DNA of 64,000 bases from Eledone cirrhosa. Lineage: Eukaryota. A model generated the notes under the pieces. The model was not told the origin of the DNA, searched no databases, and was given only the letters and a program-made list of their open reading frames with translations. The translations under genes were made by a program, and so were the position numbers. Each line of letters starts with the position of its first letter. Positions within the stretch are counted from its first letter, which is position 1. This document shows, one piece after another, positions 41,401 to 56,400 of the stretch. The stretch is from NCBI GenBank assembly GCA_964016885.1, contig OZ024745.1, positions 29,574,001 through 29,638,000 on the forward strand, written 5' to 3'.

Positions 41401-44400
41401 CAGTGTCTTGGACACAGAGACAGTACAGTGTCTTGGACACAGAGACAGTACAGTGTCTTGGAAACAGACACAGTACAGTGCCTTGGACATCGGCACAGTA
41501 CAGTGTCTTGGACACAGACACAGTACAGTGTCTTGGACACAGACACAGTACAGTGTCTTGGACACAGACACAGTACAGTGTCTTGGGCACAGAGACAGTA
41601 CAGAGTTTTGGACACAGAGATAGCACAGAGTCTTGGACACAGACACAGTACAGTGCCTTGGACACAGACACAGTACAGTGTATTGGACACAGAGACAGTA
41701 CAGTGTCTTGGAAACAGACAGAGTAAAGTGCCTTGGACACAGAGACAGTACAGTATTTTGGACACAGAGATAGTAGTGTCTTGGACACAGACACAGTACA
41801 GTGGCTTGGACACAGACACAGTACAGTGTCTTGGACACAGAGTTAGTACAGTGTCTTGGACACAGCGACAGTACAGAGACTTTGACACAGAGACAGTACA
41901 GTGTCATGGACACAGACACAGTACATTGTCTTGGACACAGAGACAGTACAGTGTCTTGGACACAGAGACAGTACAGTGTCTTGGACACAAACACAGTACA
42001 GTGTCTTGGACACAAACACAGTACAGTGTCTTGGACACAGACACAGTACAGTGTCTTGGACACAGAGATAGTACAGTGTCTTGGACACAGACACAGTACA
42101 GTGCCTCGGACACAGAGACAGTGCAGTAAATGGGGTTTGGATTTTATCCTATTTATCAGACATAAAACAAAAGTTTGACTTATATTCAGATCAGCTTATT
42201 ATCGAGTATACAGTTATTTTGTAAATAATCAATAATTTTAGAAATTTAGTGAAATAAATAACCATATTAATAAGTAGATGTTTAGAACATAAAAATATTC
42301 TCCCATAACAACATTTGAGAGTTAACTATTAACATACTCTAATGATTTAGTATAAACTATCTAAAAATATAAAAATTTGCAGTAAAGATTATAATTTTCA
42401 ATATGAGGCAGTCAAAATGATTTCTACTTTTGAAGAATGTCTTGCGAATGAGGTTTAATGTAGTACAGATGATGAAGAGTTAAATGTTCTGGACACAGAC
42501 ACAGTACAGTGCCTTGGACACAGAGACAGTACAGTGTCTTGGACACAGAGACAGTACAGTGTCTTGGACACAGAGACAGTACAGTGTCTTGAACGCAGAC
42601 ACAGTACAGTGCCTTGGACACAGAGACAGTACAGAATCTTGGACACAGAGACAGTACCGTGTCCTAGATACAGACACAGTACAGTGCCTTCGACATCGAC
42701 ACAGTACATTGTATTGGACACAGACATAGTACAGTGTCTTGGACACAGAGACAGTACAGTGGCTTGGACACAGACACAGTACAGTGTCTTGGACATAGAG
42801 ACAGTACAGTGTCTTGGACAGAGAGACAGTACAGAGTCTTGGACACAGAGACAGTACAGAGTCTTGGACACAGAGATAGTACAGTGTCCTGGACACAGAC
42901 ACAGTACAGTGTCTTGGATACAGACACAGTACAGTGGCTTCGACACAGACACGGTACAGTGTCTTGGGCACAGAGACAGTAGAGAGTCTTGGACACAGAG
43001 ATAGTACAGTGTCTTGGACACAGACACAGTACAGTGCCTTGGACAGAGACACAGTACAGTATCTTGGACACAGAGACAGTACAGTGTCTTGGACACAGAG
43101 ACAGTACAGTGCCTTGGACACAGAGACAGTACAGTGTCTTGGACACAGAGACAGTACAGTGTCTTGGATACAGACACAGTACAGTGCATTGGACATCGAC
43201 ACAGTATAGTGTCTTGGACACAGACACAGTACAGTGTCTTGGACACAGAGATAGTACAGTGTCTTGGACACAGAGACAGTACAGAGACTTGGACACAGAG
43301 ACAGTACAGTGTATTGGACACAGACACAGTACAGTGTCTTGGACACAGAGACAGTACAGTGTCTTGGACACAGACACAGTACAGTGTCTTGGACACAGAC
43401 ACAGTTCAGTGTCTTGGACACAGACACGGTACAGTGTCTTGGACACAGACACAGTAGAGTGTCTTGGACACAGAGATAGTACAGTGTCTTGGACACAGAC
43501 ACAGTTCAGTGTCTTGGACACAGACACAGTACAGTGTCTTGGACACAGACACAGTACAGTGTCTTGGACACAGAGTTAGTACAGTGTCTTGGACACAGCG
43601 ACAGTACAGTGTCTTGGACACAAACACAGTACAGTGTCTTGGACACAGACACAGTACAGTGTCTTGGACACAGAGATAGTACAGTGTCTTGGACACAGAG
43701 ACAGTACAGTGTCTTGGACACAGCGACAGTACAGTGTCATGGACACAAACACAGTACAGTGTCTTGGACACAGACACAGTACAGTGTCTTGGACACAGCG
43801 ACAGTACAGTGTCTTGGACACAAACACAGTACAGTGTCTTGGACACAGACACAGTACAGTGTCTTGGACACAGAGATAGTACAGTGTCTTGGACACAAAC
43901 ACAGTACAGTGTCTTGGACACAAACACAGTACAGTGTCTTGGACACAGACACAGTACAGTGTCTTGGACACAGAGATAGTACAGTGTCTTGGACACAGAC
44001 ACAGTACAGTGCCTTGGACACAGACACAGTACAGTGTCTTGGACACAGACACAGTACAGTGTCTTGGACACAGACACAGTACAGTGGTTTGGACACAGAG
44101 ATAGTACAGTGTCTTGGACACATACACAGTACAGTGCCTTGGACACAGAGACAGTGCAGTAAATTGGGTTTGGATTTTATCCTATTTATCAGACATAAAA
44201 CAGAAGGTTGACTTATATTCAGATCAGCTTATAATCGAGTATACAGTTATTTTGTAAATAATCAATAATTTTAGAAATTTAGTGAAATAAATAACCATAT
44301 TAATAAGTAGATGTTTAGAACATAAAAATATTCTCCCATAACAACATTTGAGAGTTAACTATTAACATCCTCTAATGATTTAGTAGAAAATATCTAAAAA

Positions 44401-47400
44401 TATAAAAATTTGCAGTAAAGATTATAATTTTCAATATGAGGCTGTCAAAATGTTTTCTACTTTTGAAGAATGTCTTGCGAATGAGGTTTAATGTAGTACA
44501 GATGATGAAGCGTTAAATGTTCTGCACACAGACACAGTACAGTGCCTTGCACACAGAGACACTACAGTCTCTGGGACACAGAGACAGTACAGTGTCTTGA
44601 ACATAGACACAGTACAGTACCTTGGACACAGACACAGTACAGTGCCTTGGACACAGAGATAGTAGAGTATCTTGGACACAGAGACAGTACAGTGTCTTGG
44701 ACACCGAGACAGTACAGTGTCTTGGACACAGCGATAGTACAGTCTCTTGAACACAGACACAGTACAGTGCCTTGGACAAAAAAACAGTACAATGTCTTGG
44801 ACACAGACAAAGTTCAGTGCCTTGGACACAGACACAGTACAGTGTCTTGGACACAGAGACAGTACAGTGTCTTGGACACAGAGACAGTACAGTGTCTTGG
44901 ATACAGACACAGTACAGTGCATTGGACATCGACACAGTACAGTGTCTTGGACACAGACACAGTACAGTGTCTTGGACACTGAGATAGTACAGTGTCTTGG
45001 ACACAGAGACAGTACAGAGACTTGGACACAGAGACAGTACAGTATCTTGGACACAGACACAGTACAGTGTCTTGGACACAGAGACAGTACAGTGTCTTGG
45101 ACACAGAGACAGTACAGTGTCTTGGAAACAGACACAGTACAGTGCCTTGGACATCGGCACAGTACAGTGTCTTGGACACAGACACAGTACAGTGTCTTGG
45201 ACACAGACACAGTACAGTGTCTTGGACACAGACACAGTACAGTGTCTTGGGCACAGAGACAGTACAGAGTCTTGGACACAGAGATAGCACAGAGTCTTGG
45301 ACACAGACACAGTACAGTGCCTTGGACACAGACACAGTACAGTGTATTGGACACAGAGACAGTACAGTGTCTTGGACACAGACAGAGTAAAGTGCCTTGG
45401 ACACAGAGACAGTACAGTGTTTTGGACACAGAGATAGTAGTGTCTTGGACACAGACACAGTACAGTGGCTTGGACACAGACACAGTACAGTGTCTTGGAC
45501 ACAGAGTTAGTACAGTGTCTTGGACACAGCGACAGTACAGAGACTTTGACACAGAGACAGTACAGTGTCATGGACACAAACACAGTACAGTGTCTTGGAC
45601 ACAGACACAGTACAGTGTCTTGGACACAGAGATAGTACAGTGTCTTGGACACAGACACAGTACAGTGCCTCGGACACAGAGACAGTGCAGTAAATGGGGT
45701 TTGGATTTTATCCTATTTATCAGACATAAAACAAAAGTTTGACTTATATTCAGATCAGCTTATAATCGAGTATACAGTTATTTTGTAAATAATCAATAAT
45801 TTTAGAAATTTAGTGAAATAAATAACCATATTAATAAGTAGATGTTTAGAAGATAAAAATATTCTCCCATAACAACATTTGAGAGTTAACTATTAACATA
45901 CTCTAATGATTTAGTATAAACTATCTAAAAATATAAAAATTTGCAGTAAAGATTATAATTTTCAATATGAGGCAGTCAAAATGATTTCTACTTTTGAAGA
46001 ATGTCTTGCGAATGAGGTTTAATGTAGTACAGATGATGAAGAGTTAAATGTTCTGGACACAGACACAGTACAGTGCCTTGGACACAGAGACAGTACAGTG
46101 TCTTGGACACAGAGACAGTACAGTGTCTTGGACACAGAGACAGTACAGTGTCTTGAACGCAGACACAGTACAGTGCCTTGGACACAGAGACAGTACAGAA
46201 TCTTGGAAACAGAGACAGTACCGTGGCCTAGATACAGACACAGTACAGTGTCTTCGACATCGACACAGTACATTGTATTGGACACAGACATAGTACAGTG
46301 TCTTGGACACAGAGACAGTACAGTGGCTTGGACACAGACACAGTACAGTGTCTTGGACATAGAGACAGTACAGTGTCTTGGACACAGAGACAGTACAGAG
46401 TCTTGGACACAGAGACAGTACAGAGTCTTGGACACAGAGATAGTACAGTGTCCTGGACACAGACACAGTACAGTGTCTTGGATACAGACACAGTACAGTG
46501 GCTTCGACACAGACACGGTACAGTGTCTTGGGCACAGAGACAGTAGAGAGTCTTGGACACAGAGATAGTACAGTGTCTTGGACAGAGACACAGTACAGTA
46601 TCTTGGACACAGAGACAGTACAGTGTCTTGGACACAGAGACAGTACAGTGCCTTGGACACAGAGACAGTACAGTGTCTTGGACACAGAGACAGTACAGTG
46701 TCTTGGATACAGACACAGTACAGTGCATTGGACACAGACACAGTATAGTGTCTTGGACACAGACACAGTACAGTGTCTTGGACACAGAGATAGTACAGTG
46801 TCTTGGACACAGAGACAGTACAGAGACTTGGACACAGAGACAGTACAGTGTATTGGACACAGACACAGTACAGTGTCTTGGACACAGAGACAGTACAGTG
46901 TCTTGGACACAGACACAGTACAGTGTCTTGGACACAGACACAGTTCAGTGTCTTGGACACAGACACAGTACAGTGTCTTGGACACAGACACAGTACAGTG
47001 TCTTGGACACAGAGATAGTACAGTGTCTTGGACACAGACACAGTACAGTGCCTTGGACATCGGCACAGTACAGTGTCTTGGACACAGACACAGTACAGTG
47101 TCTTGGACACAGACACAGTACAGTGTCTTGGACACAGACACAGTTCAGTGTCTTGGACACAGACACAGTAGAGTGTCTTGGACACAGACACAGTACAGTG
47201 TCTTGGACACAGAGATAGTACAATGTCTTGGACACAGACACAGTTCAGTGTCTTGGACACAGACACAGTACAGTGTCTTGGACACAGACACAGTACAGTG
47301 TCTTGGACACAGAGTTAGTACAGTGTCTTGGACACAGCGACAGTACAGTGTCTTGGACACAAACACAGTACAGTGTCTTGGACACAGACACAGTACAGTG

Positions 47401-50400
47401 TCTTGGACACAGAGATAGTACAGTGTCTTGGACACAGAGACAGTACAGTGTCTTGGACACAGCGACAGTACAGTGTCTTGGACACAAACACAGTACAGTG
47501 TCTTGGACACAGACACAGTACAGTGTCTTGGACACAGCGACAGTACAGTGTCTTGGACACAAACACAGTACAGTGTCTTGGACACAGACACAGTACAGTG
47601 TCTTGGACACAGAGATAGTACAGTGTCTTGGACACAAACACAGTACAGTGTCTTGGACACAAACACAGTACAGTGTCTTGGACACAGACACAGTACAGTG
47701 TCTTGGACACAGAGATAGTACAGTGTCTTGGACACAGACACAGTACAGTTCCTTGGACACAGACACAGTACAGTGTCTTGGACACAGACACAGTACAGTG
47801 TCTTGGACACAGACACAGTACAGTGGCTTGGACACAGAGATAGTACAGTGTCTTGGACACATACACAGTACAGTGCCTTGGACACAGAGACAGTGCAGTA
47901 AATTGGGTTTGGATTTTATCCTATTTATCAGACATAAAACAGAAGGTTGACTTATATTCAGATCAGCTTATAATCGAGTATACAGTTATTTTGTAAATAA
48001 TCAATAATTTTAGAAATTTAGTGAAATAAATAACCATATTAATAAGTAGATGTTTAGAACATAAAAATATTCTCCCATAACAACATTTGAGAGTTACCTA
48101 CTAACATCCTCTAATGATTTAGTAGAAAATATCTAAAAATATAAAGATTTGCAGTAAAGATTATAATTTTCAATATGAGGCTGTCAAAATGTTTTCTACT
48201 TTTGAAGAATGTCTTGCGAATGAGGTTTAATGTCGTACAGATGATGAAGCGTTAAATGTTCTGCACACAGACACAGTACAGTGCCTTGCACACAGAGACA
48301 GTACAGTCTCTGGGACACAGAGACAGTACAGTGTCTTGAACATAGACACAGTACAGTACCTTGGACACAGACACAGTACAGTGCCTTGGACACAGAGATA
48401 GTAGAGTATCTTGGACACAGAGACAGTACAGTGTCTTGGACACCGAGACAGTACAGTGTCTTGGACACAGCGATAGTACAGTCTCTTGAACACAGACACA
48501 GTACAGTGCCTTGGACAAAAAAACAGTACAATGTCTTGGACACAGACAAAGTTCAGTGCCTTGGACACAGACACAGTACAGTGTCTTGGACACAGAGACA
48601 GTACAGTGTCTTGGACACAGAGACAGTACAGTGTCTTGGATACAGACACAGTACAGTGCATTGGACATCGACACAGTACAGTGTCTTGGACACAGACACA
48701 GTACAGTGTCTTGGACACTGAGATAGTACAGTGTCTTGGACACAGAGACAGTACAGAGACTTGGACACAGAGACAGTACAGTGTCTTGGACACAGACACA
48801 GTACAGCGTCTTGGACACAGAGACAGTACAGTGTCTTGGACACAGACACAGTACAGTGCCTTGGACATCGGCACAGTACAGTGTCTTGGACACAGACACA
48901 GTACAGTGTCTTGGACACAGGCACAGTACAGTGTCTTGGACACAGACACAGTACAGTGTCTTGGACACAGACACAGTACAATGTCTTGGACACAGACACA
49001 GTACAGTGTCTTGGACACAGCGATAGTACAGTCTCTTGGACACAGACACAGTACAGTGCCTTAGACAAAAAAACAGTACAATGTCTTGGACACAGACAAA
49101 GTTCAGTGCCTTGGACACAGACACAGTACAGTGTCTTGGACACAGAGACAGTACAGTGTCTTGGACACAGAGACAGTACAGTGTCTTGGATACAGACACA
49201 GTACAGTGCATTGGACATCGACACAGTACAGTGTCTTGGACACAGACACAGTACAGTGTCTTGAACACTGAGATAGTACAGTGTCTTGGACACAGAGACA
49301 GTACAGAGACTTGGACACAGAGACAGTACAGTGTCTTGGACACAGACACAGTACAGCGTCTTGGACACAGAGACAGTACAGTGTCTTGGACACAGACACA
49401 GTACAGTGCCTTGGACATCGGCACAGTACAGTGTCTTGGATACAGACACAGTACAGTGCCTTGGACACAGAGACAGTACAGTGTCTTGGACACAGAGACA
49501 GTACAGTGTCTTGGACACAGAGACAGTACAGTGTCTTGAACGCAGACACAGTACAGTGCCTTGGACACAGAGACAGTACAGAATCTTGGACACAGAGACA
49601 GTACCGTGGCCTAGATACAGACACAGTACAGTGCCTTCGACATCGACACAGTACATTGTATTGGACACAGACATAGTACAGTGTCTTGGACACAGAGACA
49701 GTACAGTGGCTTGGACACAGACACAGTACAGTGTCTTGGACATAGAGACAGTACAGTGTCTTGGACACAGAGACAGTACAGAGTCTTGGACACAGAGACA
49801 GTACAGAGTCTTGGACACAGAGATAGTACAGTGTCCTGGACACAGACACAGTACAGTGTCTTGGATACAGACACAGTACAGTGGCTTCGACACAGACACG
49901 GTACAGTGTCTTGGGCACAGAGACAGTAGAGAGTCTTGGACACAGAGATAGTACAGTGTCTTGGACAGAGACACAGTACAGTATCTTGGACACAGAGACA
50001 GTACAGTGTCTTGGACACAGAGACAGTACAGTGCCTTGGACACAGAGACAGTACAGTGTCTTGGACACAGAGACAGTACAGTGTCTTGGATACAGACACA
50101 GTACAGTGCATTGGACACAGACACAGTATAGTGTCTTGGACACAGACACAGTACAGTGTCTTGGACACAGAGATAGTACAGTGTCTTGGACACAGAGACA
50201 GTACAGAGACTTGGACACAGAGACAGTACAGTGTATTGGACACAGACACAGTACAGTGTCTTGGACACAGAGACAGTACAGTGTCTTGGACACAGACACA
50301 GTACAGTGTCTTGGACACAGACACAGTTCAGTGTCTTGGACACAGACACAGTACAGTGTCTTGGACACAGACACAGTACAGTGTCTTGGACACAGAGATA

Positions 50401-53400
50401 GTACAGTGTCTTGGACACAGACACAGTACAGTGCCTTGGACATCGGCACAGTACAGTGTCTTGGACACAGACACAGTACAGTGTCTTGGACACAGACACA
50501 GTACAGTGTCTTGGACACAGACACAGTTCAGTGTCTTGGACACAGACACAGTAGAGTGTCTTGGACACAGACACAGTACAGTGTCTTGGACACAGAGATA
50601 GTACAATGTCTTGGACACAGACACAGTTCAGTGTCTTGGACACAGACACAGTACAGTGTCTTGGACACAGACACAGTACAGTGTCTTGGACACAGAGTTA
50701 GTACAGTGTCTTGGACACAGCGACAGTACAGTGTCTTGGACACAAACACAGTACAGTGTCTTGGACACAGACACAGTACAGTGTCTTGGACACAGAGATA
50801 GTACAGTGTCTTGGACACAGACACAGTACAGTTCCTTGGACACAGACACAGTACAGTGTCTTGGACACAGACACAGTACAGTGTCTTGGACACAGACACA
50901 GTACAGTGGCTTGGACACAGAGATAGTACAGTGTCTTGGACACATACACAGTACAGTGCCTTGGACACAGAGACAGTGCAGTAAATTGGGTTTGGATTTT
51001 ATCCTATTTATCAGACATAAAACAGAAGGTTGACTTATATTCAGATCAGCTTATAATCGAGTATACAGTTATTTTGTAAATAATCAATAATTTTAGAAAT
51101 TTAGTGAAATAAATAACCATATTAATAAGTAGATGTTTAGAACATAAAAATATTCTCCCATAACAACATTTGAGAGTTACCTACTAACATCCTCTAATGA
51201 TTTAGTAGAAAATATCTAAAAATATAAAGATTTGCAGTAAAGATTATAATTTTCAATATGAGGCTGTCAAAATGTTTTCTACTTTTGAAGAATGTCTTGC
51301 GAATGAGGTTTAATGTCGTACAGATGATGAAGCGTTAAATGTTCTGCACACAGACACAGTACAGTGCCTTGCACACAGAGACAGTACAGTCTCTGGGACA
51401 CAGAGACAGTACAGTGTCTTGAACATAGACACAGTACAGTACCTTGGACACAGACACAGTACAGTGCCTTGGACACAGAGATAGTAGAGTATCTTGGACA
51501 CAGAGACAGTACAGTGTCTTGGACACCGAGACAGTACAGTGTCTTGGACACAGCGATAGTACAGTCTCTTGAACACAGACACAGTACAGTGCCTTGGACA
51601 AAAAAACAGTACAATGTCTTGGACACAGACAAAGTTCAGTGCCTTGGACACAGACACAGTACAGTGTCTTGGACACAGAGACAGTACAGTGTCTTGGACA
51701 CAGAGACAGTACAGTGTCTTGGATACAGACACAGTACAGTGCATTGGACATCGACACAGTACAGTGTCTTGGACACAGACACAGTACAGTGTCTTGGACA
51801 CTGAGATAGTACAGTGTCTTGGACACAGAGACAGTACAGAGACTTGGACACAGAGACAGTACAGTGTCTTGGACACAGACACAGTACAGCGTCTTGGACA
51901 CAGAGACAGTACAGTGTCTTGGACACAGACACAGTACAGTGCCTTGGACATCGGCACAGTACAGTGTCTTGGACACAGACACAGTACAGTGTCTTGGACA
52001 CAGGCACAGTACAGTGTCTTGGACACAGACACAGTACAGTGTCTTGGACACAGACACAGTACAATGTCTTGGACACAGACACAGTACAGTGTCTTGGACA
52101 CAGCGATAGTACAGTCTCTTGGACACAGACACAGTACAGTGCCTTAGACAAAAAAACAGTACAATGTCTTGGACACAGACAAAGTTCAGTGCCTTGGACA
52201 CAGACACAGTACAGTGTCTTGGACACAGAGACAGTACAGTGTCTTGGACACAGAGACAGTACAGTGTCTTGGATACAGACACAGTACAGTGCATTGGACA
52301 TCGACACAGTACAGTGTCTTGGACACAGACACAGTACAGTGTCTTGAACACTGAGATAGTACAGTGTCTTGGACACAGAGACAGTACAGAGACTTGGACA
52401 CAGAGACAGTACAGTGTCTTGGACACAGACACAGTACAGCGTCTTGGACACAGAGACAGTACAGTGTCTTGGACACAGACACAGTACAGTGCCTTGGACA
52501 TCGGCACAGTACAGTGTCTTGGATACAGACACAGTACAGTGTCTTGGACACAGGCACAGTACATTGTCTTGGACACAGACACAGTACAGTGTCTTGGACA
52601 CAGACACAGTACAATATCTTGGACACAGACACAGTACAGTGTCTTGGACACAGAGATAGTACAGTCCTTTGGACACAGACACAGTACAGTGCCTTGGACA
52701 AAAAAACAGTACAATGTCTTGGACACAGACAAAGTACAGTGCCTTAGACACAGACACAGTACACTGTCTCGGACACAGACACAGTACAGTGTCTTGGACA
52801 CAGAGATAGTGCAGTGTCTTGGACACAGAGATAGTACAGGGTCTTGGACACAGACACAGTTCAGTGTCTTGGACACAGACACAGTACAGTGTCTTGGACA
52901 CAGACACAGTACAGTGTCTTGGACACAGAGATAGTACAGTGTCTTGGACACAGACACATACAGTGCCTTGGACACAGAGACAGTGCAGTAAATTGGGTTT
53001 GCATTTTATCCTACTTATCAGACATAAAACAGAAGGTTGACTTATATTCAGATCAGCTTATAATCGAGTATACAGTTATTTTGTAAATAATCAATAATTT
53101 TAGAAATTTAGTGAAATAAATAACCATATTAATAAGTAGATGTTTAGAACATAAAAATATTCTCCCATAACAACATTTGAGAGTTAACTATTAACATCCT
53201 CTAATGATTTAGTAGAAAATATCTAAAAATATAAACATTTGCAGTAAAGATTATAATTTTCAATATGAGGCTGTCAAAATGTTTCTACTTTTGAAGAATG
53301 TCTTGCGAATGAGGTTTAATGTAGTACAGATGATGAAGAGTTAAATGTTCTGGACACAGACACAGTACAGTGTCTTGGATACAGACACAGTACAGTGTGT

Positions 53401-56400
53401 TGAACACAGACACAGTACAATATCTTGGACACAGACACAGTACAGTGTCTTGAACACTGACAGTACAGTGTCTTGGACACAGAGACAGTACAGTGTCTTG
53501 ACCACAGACACAGTACAGTATCTTGGACACAGACACAGTACAGTGCCTTGGACACAGAGATAGTACAGTGTCTTGGACACAGACACAGTACCGTGTCTTG
53601 GACACAGAGACAGTACAGTGGCTTGGACACAGACACAGTACAGTGTCTTGGACATAGAGACAGTACAGTGTCTTGGACACAGACACAGTACAGTGTCTTG
53701 GACACAACACAGTACAGTGTCTTGGACACAGAGACAGTACAGAATCTTGGACACAGAGATAGTACAGTGTCTTGGACACAAAGACAGTACAGAGACTTGG
53801 ACACAGAGACAGTACAGTGTCTTGGACACAGAGACAGTACAGAGACTTGGACACAGAGACAGTACAGTGTCTTGGACACAGACACAGTACAGTGTCTTGG
53901 ACACAGAGACAGTACAGTGCCTTGGACACAGAGACAGTACGGTGCCTTGGACATCGGCACAGTACAGTGTCTTGGACACAGACACAGGACAGTCTCTTGG
54001 ACACAGACACAGTACAGTGTCTTGGACACAGACACGGTACAGTGTCTTGGACACAGAGACAGTACAGTGGCTTGGACACAGACACAGTACAGTGTCTTGG
54101 ACACAGACACAGTACAGTGTCTTGGACACAGAGATAGTACAGTCTCTTGGACACAGACACAGTACAGTGCCTTGGACAAAAAAAACAGTACAATGTCTTG
54201 GACACACACAAAGTACAGTGCCTTGGACACAGACACAGTACAGTGTCTCGGACACAGAGACAGTACAGTGTCTTGGACACAGAGACAGTACAGTGCCTTG
54301 GATACAGACACAGTACAGTGCATTGGACATCGACACAGTACAGTGTCTTGGACACAGACACAGTACAGTGTCTTGGACACTGAGATAGTACAGTGTCTTG
54401 GACACAGAGACAGTACAGAGACTTGGAGACAGAGACAGTACAGTGTCTTGGACACAGACACAGTACAGTGTCTTGGACACAGAGGCAGTACATTGGCTTG
54501 GACACAGACACAGTACAGTGCCTTGGACATCGGCACAGTACAGTGTCTTGGACACAGACACAGTACAGTGTCTTGGATACAGACACAGTACAGTGTCTTG
54601 AACACAGACACAGTACAATGTCTTGGACACAGACACAGTACAGTGCCTTGGACACAGACACAGTACAGTGTCTTGGACACAGAGACAGTACAGTGTCTTG
54701 ACCACAGACACAGTACAGTACCTTGGACACAGACACAGTACAGTGCCTTGGACACAGAGATAGTACAGTGTCTTGGACACAGAGACAGTACAGTGTCTTG
54801 GACACAGAGACAGTATAGTGTCTTGGATACAGACACAGTACAGTGCCTTGGACACAGACACAGTACAGTGTCTTGGACACATAGATAGTACAGTGTCTTG
54901 GACACAGAGACAGTACAGAGACTTGAACACAGAGACAGTACAGAGTCTTGGACACAGAGACAGTACAGTGTCTTGGTCACAGAGACAGTACAGTGTCTTA
55001 GACACAGACACAGTACAGTGCCTTGGACATCGACACAGTACAGTGTTTTGCACACAGACACAGTACAGTGTCTTGGACACAGAGACAGTACAGTGGCTTG
55101 GACACAGAGACAGTACAGTGTCTTGGACATAGAGACAGTACAGTGTCTTGGACACAGACACAGTACAGTGTCTTGGACACAACACAGTACAGTGTCTTGG
55201 ACACAGAGACAGTACAGAGTCTTGGACACAGAGATAGTACAGTGTCTTGGACACAGAGACAGTACAGAGACTTGGACACAGAGACAGTACAGTGTCTTGG
55301 ACACAGAGACAGTACAGAGACTTGGACACAGAGACAGTACAGTGTCTTGGACACAGACACAGTACAGTGTCTTGGACACAGAGACAGTACAGTGTCTTGG
55401 ACACAGACACAGTACAGTGCCTTGGACATCGGCACAGTACAGTGCTTGGACACAGACACAGTACAGTCTCTTGGACACAGACACAGTACAGTGTCTTGGA
55501 CACAGACACAGTACAGTCTCTTGGACACAGAGACAGTACAGTGGCTTGGACACAGACACAGTACAGTGTCTTGGAGACAGACACAGTACAGTGTCTTGGA
55601 CACAGAGATAGTACAGTCTCTTGGACACAGTCACAGTACAGTGCCTTGGACAAAAAAAACAGTACAATGTCTTGGACACAGACAAAGTACAGTGCCTTGG
55701 ACACAGACACAGTACAGTGTCTTGGACACAGACACAGTACAGTGTCTTGGACACAAAGATAGTACAGTGTATTGGACACAGACACAGTACAGCGCCTTGG
55801 ACACAGAGACAGTGCAGTAAATGGGGTTTGGATTTTATCCTATTTATCAGACATAAAATAGAAGGTTGACTTATATTCAGATCAGCTTATAATCGAGTAT
55901 ACAGTTATTTTGTAAATAATCAATAATTTTAGAAATTTAGTGAAATAAATAACCATATTAATAAGTAGATGTTTAGAACATAAAAATATTCTCCCATAAC
56001 AACATTTGAGAGTTAACTATTAACATCCTCTAATGATTTAGTAGAAACTATCTAAAAATATAAAAATTTGCAGTAAAGATTATAATTTTCAATATGAGGC
56101 TGTCAAAATGTTTTCTACTTTTGAAGAATGTCTTGCGAATGAGGTTTAATGTAGTACAGATGATGAAGAGTTAAATGTTCTGGACACAGACACAGTACAG
56201 TGCCTTGCACACAGAGACAGTACAGTCTCTTGGACACAGAGACAGTACAGTGTCTTGAACATAGACACAGTACAGTACCTTGGACACAGACACAGTACAG
56301 TGTCTTGGACACAGAGACAGTACAGAGTCTTGGACACAGAGACAGTACAGTGTCTTGGTCACAGAGACAGTACAGTGTCTTGGACATCGACACAGTACAG

